The position numbers and the translations under genes were made by a program. DNA of 64,000 nt from the IMG/VR virus record IMGVR_UViG_3300028591_000001, positions 115,547 to 179,546 of that record; one strand, 5' to 3'. The DNA comes from a virus. Lineage: Duplodnaviria; Heunggongvirae; Uroviricota; Caudoviricetes. Below the pieces are notes generated by a model that had not been told where the DNA came from, made no database searches, and saw only the letters and a list, made by a program, of their open reading frames with translations. Below, piece after piece: positions 31,017-38,789 of the stretch; within the stretch, counting starts at the first letter, position 1, and every line of letters begins with the position of its first letter.

Positions 31017-32996
31017 ATGACATTAACAACATTAATTATTGTAGGAGTAATTGTCCTCCTAGTAATTTTGACAATTATTGGACTCTTGTCACGTTATCGT
31101 AAATGTCCAAGTGACCAACTTTTGGTAGTTTATGGTAAAGTTAGTGGTAAATCAGCTGCTAAAATTTATCCTGGTGGTGGTGTGTTTGTATGGCCCGTTA
31201 TTCAGGATTATAAGGTAATGTCTTTAAGACCTTTCCAAATTAACTCAGAAGTTGTAGGTCCAGACAGTGGTATGATCAGAACTCATGTTACTGTAGCTTT
31301 AACTACTGCTATTTCTCAAGATCCGACAATTCAGCAGAATGCTGCAGCTCGTTTCTTAAGTGCTAATTCTAATGAGATTGTTTCTCAGATTAAGACCATT
31401 CTTGAGGGTGAAGTAAGATTGATTATTGCTTCAATGTCAATTGAAGAAATTAATTCTGACCGAGATGCTTTCAAGACTAAGGTTAAGGATAGTTTAGGTA
31501 ATGAGTTAAACAAGGTTGGTTATGATATAACTAACATTAACATTCAAGAAATTACTGATGAAGCAGATTATATTAAGAATCTTGGAAAGAAGAAGGAAAC
31601 AGAGGCTAGAGCAAATGCAGAGGCTGATATTGCTGACAAGGAGAAAGACGGAGCAATTAGAAAGGCCAACATCAAGAAGGAACAAGAAATCCAAGTAGCA
31701 ACTGCTGATAAGGAAAGAGAAACTACTGTTTCTCAGACCAAACAGGAGCAGGCTGTTAAAGTAGCAGAGATTGAGAAGGAACAGGAGACTCAGATTGCTG
31801 AAACTCAGAAAGCTAAAGAGGTTCAACTGTCTGAAATTGAGAAAGACAAGCAAACCGGTATTGCTAATCAGAAAGCTCTCCAAGTAGCTGCTGTAGCAAG
31901 TGCTGATGCAGATGCAGAATCAAAGAAGGCAGAAGCAGAAGCAAGAAAGGTAGCAGCTGTAGCAGCTCAAAAAGCAAAAGCTGAATCAGAGAAAGCTAAG
32001 TCTGAATCAGAACAGAGAAAGGCCGTAGCAACTGCTGAAGCTGATGCTGAAGCTACTGAGAATGAGAAAGAAGCATTGATGCAAACTCGTATTGCTGAAG
32101 CTAATCAGAAGAAAGAAGCTGATATTGCTAAGGCAACTCAGGAGAAGGAAGCTAAGAAGGCAGAGTATGAGTCTGCTAAACAGATTCGCAAAGCTAAGGC
32201 TGATCAGGATGCAGGTGTAGCAGAACAGAATGCAAAGATTCTTGTAGCTCAAGCACGTGCAAAAGCAGGTCAAGCAGAAGCTGATGCTGATAAAACTGTA
32301 CAGGTTGCTAAGATTGAAGCAGATATGAAGGCTGCTAAGACTAAACAAGAACGTCAGTTGGAGGTTAACGAAGCTGAAGCTAAGGCAGTTGAAGCTAAGT
32401 TAAATGCTGAGCAGGTTGTTCCTGCAGAGCAGGCTAAGAAGAAGACCATTATCGAAGCAGAAGCTATTAAGGAACAAGCTGTCCTTGAAGCAGAAGCCGA
32501 GAAGCAACGTATTCTTAAAAAGGCTGAAGCAGACGCAGAGAAAGTTCGTTTGAACATGAATGCTGAAGCTGAAGGTATTAAGAATAAGAAACTTGCTGAA
32601 GCAGAGGGTCAGAAGGCTCTCTTGTTTGCAGAAGCAGAAGCTCTCCAGAAGAGAGAAATGGCTCCAGCACTTGCTCTACAGAAGATGGTTGAATCATTCG
32701 GTGGTAATCCAGATCTTCTTGTTCAGTACAAAATGGTTGACCAGTATAAGTCAATCGCTGAGGCTCAAGAGAAGATGCTCGAGCATATTCAGCTTGGTAA
32801 TGTCACTATTTATGGTGATAAGAACACTGGTGCTGACTTCGCTAAGAGCTTTATCAAGAACTTTACTCCTGCCCTTGACATTGTTAATGACGGATTCAAG
32901 GATAAGTTTAAAGAAGTATTTGGTCTAAAGAAGGCTGAGGAACTTCCTGATAATTCTGAGACTCCAGAGAATAAGGAATTTGATGAAGTGAAATAA
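31017..32996 (+). CDS. Flotillin or band-7 (SPFH) family protein (YqiK/FloT-like), 659 aa
   Basis: N-terminal TM, PSDQLLVVYGKVSG...GGVFVWPVIQDYKVMSLRPFQI SPFH core, long EA-rich coiled coil, C-terminal domain. Confidence 0.75.
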   Translation: MTLTTLIIVGVIVLLVILTIIGLLSRYRKCPSDQLLVVYGKVSGKSAAKIYPGGGVFVWPVIQDYKVMSLRPFQINSEVVGPDSGMIRTHVTVALTTAISQDPTIQQNAAARFLSANSNEIVSQIKTILEGEVRLIIASMSIEEINSDRDAFKTKVKDSLGNELNKVGYDITNINIQEITDEADYIKNLGKKKETEARANAEADIADKEKDGAIRKANIKKEQEIQVATADKERETTVSQTKQEQAVKVAEIEKEQETQIAETQKAKEVQLSEIEKDKQTGIANQKALQVAAVASADADAESKKAEAEARKVAAVAAQKAKAESEKAKSESEQRKAVATAEADAEATENEKEALMQTRIAEANQKKEADIAKATQEKEAKKAEYESAKQIRKAKADQDAGVAEQNAKILVAQARAKAGQAEADADKTVQVAKIEADMKAAKTKQERQLEVNEAEAKAVEAKLNAEQVVPAEQAKKKTIIEAEAIKEQAVLEAEAEKQRILKKAEADAEKVRLNMNAEAEGIKNKKLAEAEGQKALLFAEAEALQKREMAPALALQKMVESFGGNPDLLVQYKMVDQYKSIAEAQEKMLEHIQLGNVTIYGDKNTGADFAKSFIKNFTPALDIVNDGFKDKFKEVFGLKKAEELPDNSETPENKEFDEVK

Positions 32997-33047
32997 TTTT
33001 CTGAGAAATTGGTGAAGTTTTTCCATCTTTATAATTTTTAAGTTTAT

Positions 33048-33171
33048 AGGTTACTTACAATAACGTATTATACATTGATGGTTCGATTCCATCTTTTGGC
33101 TCCATTTTTTGCCGAAATCGCTCAATGGTAGAGCATCAAATTTGTAATTTGACGTAATTATTTAGTAACCT
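33048..33171 (+). ncRNA. Circularly permuted tRNA-Thr(UGU) unit, enclosed by an 8-bp inverted repeat: 3-prime quarter (T-arm, acceptor 3-prime strand, U, CCA), then TTTTTT, then acceptor 5-prime strand, D-arm and anticodon arm
   Basis: AGGTTACT-TACAAT ... GATGG-TTCGATT-CCATC TTTTGGC T CCA TTTTTT GCCGAAA TC GCTC-AATGGTA-GAGC A TCAAA-TTTGTAA-TTTGA ... AGTAACCT. The acceptor halves pair at 7 of 7 positions with one G-U. Confidence 0.5.
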
Positions 33172-33203
33172 TTTTATTTAAAAAATTAATATTATAATAA
33201 TTT

Positions 33204-33334
33204 AAGATACTTACAAAATATTGAATTGTATTCAATGAATTGCGGGTTCGAATCCCGTCTTACCTTATGGTATGTGGTGGAACGGTAAACACGTTGGATT
33301 AATCATCCGATTTCGATAAAAAACATAAGTATCT
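33204..33334 (+). ncRNA. Module-flanked unit with a Thr-like anticodon arm (ATTGA-ATTGTAT-TCAAT), T-arm and acceptor 3-prime strand, followed by a degenerate acceptor/D-arm-like segment. Possibly a permuted or decayed tRNA.
   Basis: AAGATACTT-ACAAA ... GCGGG-TTCGAAT-CCCGT CTTACCT T ... AAGTATCTT. Confidence 0.3.
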
Positions 33335-33341
33335 TTTAAAT

Positions 33342-33457
33342 GAGGGAATTGGTGTAATGGTAACACACGTAGCTTTTGTATCTTTTGATACATACAATAT
33401 CATTATGCGATGAATTGTGGTTTTCCGTGTTCTAGGTTCGAGTCCTAGGTTCCCTCC
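33342..33457 (+). ncRNA. tRNA-like RNA (116 nt) with acceptor, D-arm and T-arm, and the module hairpin TGTATC-TTTT-GATACA-TACAAT in place of the anticodon arm
   Basis: Acceptor GAGGGAA/TTCCCTC, D GGTG-TAATGGTAA-CACA, T CTAGG-TTCGAGT-CCTAG. Confidence 0.45.
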
Positions 33458-33592
33458 AACAATGATTTTAAAGTTCATAAATTTGTAAAAGTTATTAAGT
33501 AAATTAATTAGTTACTGTGAAGTAGCATGTGTACGGGAGTACAGCGGTACTCCATTTTTTAAATGAAATTTGTTTTTAATTTAATATATATT

Positions 33593-33820
33593 ATGGGAAA
33601 AGGAAAAGGTTCATTAGTTGTTCGTGAAAGAGCAGCTTTAAAAAGATTGGAGGCAGTTTATGAAAAATTTAAAGCTGCTGGTGAAGATAAGAAACCTTGG
33701 GATTCAACCCGAAATGGTTTTCCTGTTCACCACAAAGGTGGAAGTTATAATGAGGAATGTGAAAGAATGAAGAAAGAAATTTCTATTCTAAAAGATAAAA
33801 TTTCTAAAGTTCATATTTAA
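33593..33820 (+). CDS. Hypothetical protein, 75 aa
   Basis: ORF 33563-33820 trimmed to the second ATG. Confidence 0.35.
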   Translation: MGKGKGSLVVRERAALKRLEAVYEKFKAAGEDKKPWDSTRNGFPVHHKGGSYNEECERMKKEISILKDKISKVHI

Positions 33821-33952
33821 CATCTTTTAACTATAACATCTAAAAAATAAAAAATAAGTTTAAAGTCTAAGATACTTACAATTTTTATTTGAATTTTGCC
33901 ATAAATTAAGAACAACATGATAAAAAAAATAAAATTTAAGTATCTTTTTAAT

Positions 33953-34548
33953 GGCTCCATGTCGGAATTGGTATACGAGTCAGACTGGACTAAAGACTAT
34001 AATTTGGTCTTAAATATAGGTTGCTATGGCGAGAAATCCCATAGTAGAATCTCCCTAAAACGGTGGAAGTCCTCAGAAGTGGGAGTAAGTTGTGTGAGAT
34101 ATATACATTCACACCACCTAAACAATAATGGTGGAGGATAATACCGTGCTAAATTGAGATAAGGATGAAGAAGTCCTCCAAATAGCCAAAGTTGGATATG
34201 ATTCTACATTGACCGAATCAATCTCATAAATGTGTAGAGAGTATATAGGAGATACCTAAGTTGAAATTATACCTCATATACGTGTCCATAAGATTGTAAA
34301 AACAGTAAATGGGCAGCCATTTAATCGGAATGAGACTTGCAAGAATTTCAATATTGGTAAAGATGTATTCCAGACCACAACAAACAAAAACTTGCATTAA
34401 CATCTTTGAAGGGTGAAATCAGATAGAAGTTAAAAACTTGCTCAGTTTTAAACGACAAAATGTGTTTGTTTGGCTATGGCAACATAGAGTGGTAAGTAAA
34501 ATCTGATGGGCTGAATAGCCTGTGAGGGTTCAAGTCCCTCTGGAGCTA
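33953..34548 (+). tRNA. tRNA-Leu(UAA), class II, interrupted in the anticodon loop after U33 by a ~510-nt insertion (33987-34496) that is a candidate group I intron
   Basis: Exons: GGCTCCA TG TCG-GAATTGGTATA-CGA G TCAGA CU | UAAAA UCUGA, variable hairpin GGCT-GAAT-AGCC, T GAGGG-TTCAAGT-CCCTC, TGGAGCT, discriminator A. The insertion follows a U and ends in G. Confidence 0.55.
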
Positions 34549-34622
34549 CAATGTCGTGATGACATCATAGTATAAATTTTTGTACACGTTAGTTACTCAC
34601 GTGGGGAAAAGTAGTAGCAAAT

Positions 34623-34696
34623 TGGGGTTCGGTGTGATGGTCGCACAAGAGGTTTTGGCTCTCTTGGAATTGCTGGTTCGAATCCAGTAACCCCAA
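34623..34696 (+). tRNA. tRNA-Gln(UUG)
   Basis: Acceptor TGGGGTT/AACCCCA (U1-A72), D GTGT-GATGGTC-GCAC, anticodon stem AGAGG/TCTCT with loop TTTTGGC, T GCTGG-TTCGAAT-CCAGT. Confidence 0.7.
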
Positions 34697-34700
34697 CTAA

Positions 34701-34828
34701 TAAGTTACTTACAATATTAATAATAATTAATATACTTATAACTCAAAAGTATCAGTGGTTCGAATCCATTATTTTCTATCATTTGGAAAATTAGCATAGT
34801 GGTTTAATGCAATTAATTTAAAGTAACT
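34701..34828 (+). ncRNA. Inverted-repeat-enclosed permuted tRNA-like unit: T-arm and acceptor 3-prime strand, then TCATTT, then acceptor 5-prime strand and D-arm. A 6-bp hairpin with a 9-nt loop (ATACTT-ATAACTCAA-AAGTAT) sits in the anticodon position.
   Basis: AAGTTACTT-ACAAT ... AGTGG-TTCGAAT-CCATT ATTTTCT A TCATTT GGAAAAT TA GCAT-AGTGGTTTA-ATGC A ... AAGTAACTT. Confidence 0.4.
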
Positions 34829-34833
34829 TTTAT

Positions 34834-34922
34834 GGGATCATAGTATATCGGTCAGTACTAGAAATAGGCGATTACCTCTGACTTTTAATCAGATAAGCTG
34901 GGTTCGACTCCCAGTGGTCCCA
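34834..34922 (+). tRNA. tRNA-Lys(UUU)-like, 89 nt, with a 17-nt insertion between the D-arm and the anticodon stem
   Basis: Acceptor GGGATCA/TGGTCCC, D GTAT-ATCGGTCA-GTAC, insert AGAAATAGGCGATTACC, anticodon stem TCTGA/TCAGA with loop CTTTTAA, T CTGGG-TTCGACT-CCCAG. Confidence 0.45.
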
Positions 34923-35219
34923 CAAATAAACCTAACACCGAGAGCAACGATCCTTATATTAAATATCCGGATGAAAACTAGTTGATATATGTGAGTCGGG
35001 TCGGTTAGTTTAGCATAAGTCGAAAGTTTATGTGAAGAGTTTAGGTTTATTTAATATCGCAGTGAGAATTGGTATTCAAGAGGGTCTCATAAGCCTTCCT
35101 CCGAGGATTCGATTTCCTCCGCTGCAAGGACACATAATCAAAACCTCCACGTGGTGTGTCTGGGTAATGCTAATTTGATTAGATAATTTATTTAATTTAA
35201 TTTATTTAGAATTGAATTA

Positions 35220-35870
35220 TGGCTTATATTTATTGTATTACAAATTTAATTAATGGAAAATAGTATGTAGGTAAAACTACATGTTCTATTACAAAAAGAT
35301 TTAAAGAACATTGTAAAGATTGTAAAAAAGAAGAAGAAAAAAGACGTCCTCTTTATAATGCCATGAATAAATATGGCATAGAAAATTTTGTTGTAAAAGA
35401 ACTTATAGAATGTGAAATAGATGAACTTAGTTCTTATGAAATTATATTTATAGAGAAACTTCAAACATATGGAAAAAAAGGATATAATGCAACAAAAGGA
35501 GGTGATGGTTCTATATTATTTGATTATAATGAAATAGTTAATTTATATAAACAAGGAAAATCTATGATAGAAGTAGCTAGTATAACACATTGTTGTACTA
35601 AAACTGTTTCTAAAGTAATTCATTTATATAATTTGCCTATAAATAAAATTATATCAGGTAGTTGTTAGCAACCAAAAATTGTAATACAACTAAATAAAGA
35701 AACAGAAGAAGAATTACAAACTTTTGATTCAGTTGCAGACGCTTCTCATTGGTTAGTTGATAACGGATATGCTAAAACATATAATGGAGGAGTTAGACAA
35801 AAGATTTGTAATTGTTGTAATGGAAAACTAAAATCAGCTTATAAGTTTAAATGGAAATATAAAGAGTAAT
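35220..35870 (+). CDS. GIY-YIG homing endonuclease with 2 recoded TAG codons
   Basis: MAYIYCITNLINGK[TAG]YVGKTT...KEHC...ENFVVKEL. Reads through TAG at 35262 and 35664 to TAA. ORF 35363-35668 is an internal fragment. Confidence 0.65.
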
Positions 35871-35918
35871 ATTTAACTGCAACAATTATTCAACTTAAGC
35901 GCATAATAAGATACTTAC

Positions 35919-35995
35919 AATAATAAAATGATGTTTAGTTCATTTGGTTAGAACGATTTCTTTTCATGAAATAAGTAACAAGTTCGAGTCTTGTA
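35919..35995 (+). tRNA. tRNA-Glu(UUC) with encoded CCA
   Basis: Acceptor TGATGTT/AATATCA, D GTTC-ATTTGGTTA-GAAC, anticodon stem ATTTC/GAAAT with loop TTTTCAT, T ACAAG-TTCGAGT-CTTGT, G CCA. Flanked by AAGATACTT...AAGTATCTT. Confidence 0.75.
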
Positions 35996-36096
35996 ATATC
36001 AGCCAGAAGTATCTTTTTTAATCAACCAATTGAAATAATTGGATATTTACAAATAAATTATAAATTAGGTATAAACTTTTATTTTTATTTCATTAG

Positions 36097-36183
36097 TATC
36101 CAATATGGCGCGTTCGACTAGTGGCTTAGGTCACAAGACTTTCAATCTTGTAGGAAGGTTGCTTCCTCAGGGGTTCGAATCCC
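36097..36183 (+). tRNA. Class-II-shaped tRNA-like (87 nt) with anticodon UUC and an 18-nt variable hairpin. Atypical.
   Basis: Acceptor GGCGCGT/ACGCGTT (two G-U), D GACT-AGTGGCTTA-GGTC, 6-bp anticodon stem ACAAGA/TCTTGT with loop CTTTCAA, variable GGAAG-GTTG-CTTCC, T AGGGG-TTCGAAT-CCCCT. Confidence 0.45.
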
Positions 36184-36380
36184 CTACGCGTTACTGGTCC
36201 AACCTAGAGCGACACGGTTGTAAAAGAATTGTCAAGCAGCTTTGGTATTTAAGCATTAAATACCTCCCAGAAGAACAAACACGCTTTGACGGGAGATGAT
36301 CTAAACGTGTTCCAATAGTATTACTATTGTAGAATCCAGAGATAATGTATTATGACCATATAAAATACATTGAGGAATCT

Positions 36381-36452
36381 GGATTATTTTGGGGTCATCG
36401 TATAAAGGCTATTACTTCAGTTCTGCACACTGAGAATTAGGGTTCAATTCCC
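36381..36452 (+). tRNA. tRNA-Ala(UGC) with a G3-U70 pair
   Basis: Acceptor GGGGTCA/TGGCTCC, D GTAT-AAAGGCTAT-TAC, anticodon stem TCAGT/ACTGA with loop TCTGCAC (C33), T TAGGG-TTCAATT-CCCTA. Confidence 0.6.
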
Positions 36453-36518
36453 TATGGCTCCACTATATAATTTAATTAAATTAAATAATTATGAATATAA
36501 AAGAATTAACACTTAGTA

Positions 36519-36592
36519 TCCTTTTATTGGTCCTGTAATTCAACTGCATAGAATAACTGACTTCTAATCAGTATGTTGGGTGTTGGAGTCAC
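36519..36592 (+). tRNA. tRNA-Arg(UCU)
   Basis: Acceptor GGTCCTG/CAGGATC, D ATTC-AACTGCATA-GAAT, anticodon stem ACTGA/TCAGT with loop CTTCTAA, T GGGTG-TTGGAGT-CACCC (C19 and G56 swapped). Confidence 0.7.
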
Positions 36593-36683
36593 CCCAGGAT
36601 CACTATAATCTATACTAGATAAGATTATGAATATAATTAAGACATTGCATCATTAGTAGTAAATAGGGAGTGATTCTAGTTAA

Positions 36684-36760
36684 GCTTCCATTTGGGGTGT
36701 TGGCTCAGTGGCGACGGCGCCGCACTGTCTATGCGGTATTTCATCATGGGTTCGAGTCCC
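36684..36760 (+). tRNA. tRNA-Asp(GUC)
   Basis: Acceptor GGGGTGT/ACATCCC, anticodon stem CCGCA/TGCGG with loop CTGTCTA, T ATGGG-TTCGAGT-CCCAT, discriminator G. Confidence 0.65.
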
Positions 36761-37004
36761 ATACATCCCGCACCCGTCCAGAGAGCTATAGACGTTAAAT
36801 AAGCTCCTTTTAGCACTTACAGTTTTGAAAGGTAAACTTTAAAAGTAGTTCGCTGATTAACTTACATCAGTAGTTTGTTGATATTTCTTTTCTTAAAAAG
36901 TGAAATATCAGGCATAGTTAATAATATTTAATACTATGTAACAATAGAGGTCTGGTAAACCTCTATTATTTTTACGTGTTATAATCACGAGATACTTATA
37001 AAAT

Positions 37005-37078
37005 TATATTTTATGAATTTTTAGCTCATTTGGATAGAGCAATATCCTGATAAGATGTGTGTAGTCGGTTCGATTCCG
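37005..37078 (+). tRNA. tRNA-Ile(GAU), second copy
   Basis: Acceptor GAATTTT/AAAATTT, D GCTC-ATTTGGATA-GAGC, anticodon stem ATATC/GATGT with loop CTGATAA, T GTCGG-TTCGATT-CCGGC. Flanked by GAGATACT...AGTATCTC. Confidence 0.65.
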
Positions 37079-37099
37079 GCAAAATTTATTTTTAGTATC

Positions 37100-37178
37100 T
37101 CTTAAATATGCATAGGTATGCAAGTGGTTGAAGCACCTAGTATTACAAACTAGTATTCCACACGTAGGTTCGAATCCT
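37100..37178 (+). tRNA. tRNA-Val(UAC)
   Basis: Acceptor GCATAGG/CCTATGT, D TGCA-AGTGGTTGA-AGCA, anticodon stem CTAGT/ACTAG with loop ATTACAA, T GTAGG-TTCGAAT-CCTAC. Confidence 0.55.
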
Positions 37179-37205
37179 ACCCTATGTACAAAAATAATAA
37201 ATAAA

Positions 37206-37853
37206 AATGTATTTATGAGTTATATTTATTGTATTACAAATTTAATTAATAGTAAAAAGTATGTCGGAAAAACTACAACTACTATAGATGAAAGATGGTA
37301 GGAACATTGTAGAGATAGTAAAAGAGAAAGATGTAGCAAAAGACCTTTATATGATGCTTTTAATAAGTATGGTATAGAAAATTTTAAAATAGAAGAACTT
37401 GAATATGTTGAAGATGATTCCAAACTTTCTGAAAGAGAAATATATTGGATAAGAGAACTCCAAACTTATGGTCAAAATGGATATAATGCTACTAAAGGAG
37501 GAGATGGAACAATATTATATGATCATAATGAAATATTAGAATTATATAAATTAGGATATTCTGTTATACAAATTTCAGAAAAAATACAATGTGAACGTAG
37601 TACTATTTCCAAAGTTTTAAAAGTTCATGGAGTCAAATCTAGAGGAAATTCTGATATGATAGATTAGTTTGATTTAGCTGGAAATTACATACAAACTTTT
37701 GATTCTTCTGTAGAAGCAGCACAATGGATTATAAATAATAATCTTACAACTACTAATAAAATAAAAACTATTAGAGGAGCAATTAGATTGTGTTGTCAAA
37801 GAAAAAGAAACTCTGCATATGGTTATAAATGGATTTTAAAAATTATTCCATAA
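37206..37853 (+). CDS. GIY-YIG homing endonuclease, a paralog of 35220-35870, with 2 recoded TAG codons
   Basis: MSYIYCITNLINSKKYVGKTT...RW[TAG]EHCRDSK...YGIENFKIEEL. The first ~30 nt are near-identical to the 35220 copy. Confidence 0.65.
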
Positions 37854-37860
37854 ATTTTAA

Positions 37861-37905
37861 AAGGGGTTTGGTCTGGTTTAGGCTAAACCCCTTTATTTTT
37901 TTTAA
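37861..37905 (+). terminator. Rho-independent terminator
   Basis: AAAGGGGTTT ggtctggtttaggct AAACCCCTTT followed by ATTTTTTTT. Confidence 0.6.
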
Positions 37906-38301
37906 TTAAATTAGTAATAAGTATGAAAAGTATTAAAGAAAAGGCAAAAGAATCTTCATTGGGATATGATGAAGTACAAGCACCTGCTATTGGAAGTGGT
38001 TTTGTACTTGGTGCAAACTATGTGCTTAATCTCCTATCTGAAACTATACATGTATCAAAGGATGCTTATCTTAAAAATAATTTATTTGAACTAATAAAAC
38101 AACTAAAGAAATAAAGCTATGAAGAAAGTTTTAATTGTAACACTTGTATGGTTTATTGTGGCAGCGTTCTTTTACGCAGCTATATGGACTAACGAGAACA
38201 ACACATTGTCTGAATGTTTTCTGTTTACAGGATTTGTTGTTATCGTTCAGATACTACTTACTTTTATATATTATTCTTTAACACAAATAGAAGATTGATG
38301 T

Positions 38302-38544
38302 ATGAAAAAGATTATCCTAATAATAGCACTTACCATCTTGATAGTAGGGTGTGGAAAAGAACAAAGAGTGACACATAAGTATGAGGTGCTTTTATCTACA
38401 AAAGACACAATGTATGTAGATGCTTGGTATTATGAGTCCTCTTCTGCAACATTTACATCAAAGAGAACCGTTATATTCTATGATACTCATTGGATGGATA
38501 TTTTAACAATAAATGACCCAATTTATATAAGAGAAATAAAATGA
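38302..38544 (+). CDS. Lipoprotein, 80 aa
   Basis: Signal peptide with lipobox LIVGCG. Confidence 0.5.
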   Translation: MKKIILIIALTILIVGCGKEQRVTHKYEVLLSTKDTMYVDAWYYESSSATFTSKRTVIFYDTHWMDILTINDPIYIREIK

Positions 38545-38789
38545 AGAAACTAATACTATTAGCACTTACCGCCTTGATGATGGTTGGGTGCGAAAACATA
38601 AAAAATGATGACGGCACATACAGTTTGGCAACATCTCCACATACATATATTATTGATTCTTGCGAATATATTGGCTATATTGGTTATGGTACTGGTGATA
38701 TTATAGCTCATAAAGGCAACTGTCGTTTTTGTAAAGAGCGCAGACAAAAGGAATTGGAAGAGTTGGTAATTAAATTAAAGGAGAAATAG
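38541..38789 (+). CDS. Lipoprotein, 82 aa
   Basis: Signal peptide with lipobox MMVGCE. Confidence 0.5.
   Translation: MKKLILLALTALMMVGCENIKNDDGTYSLATSPHTYIIDSCEYIGYIGYGTGDIIAHKGNCRFCKERRQKELEELVIKLKEK

Noticed and set aside
31506-32928. Several ORFs of 60-125 aa on both strands inside 31017-32996
   Set aside because: They lie within the flotillin gene. The EA-rich low-complexity coding region creates stop-free shadow frames.
33917-34141. 74-aa ORF that could be an intron-encoded protein
   Set aside because: It starts upstream of the tRNA-Leu 5-prime exon, reads through the exon, and has no endonuclease motifs. Most likely spurious.
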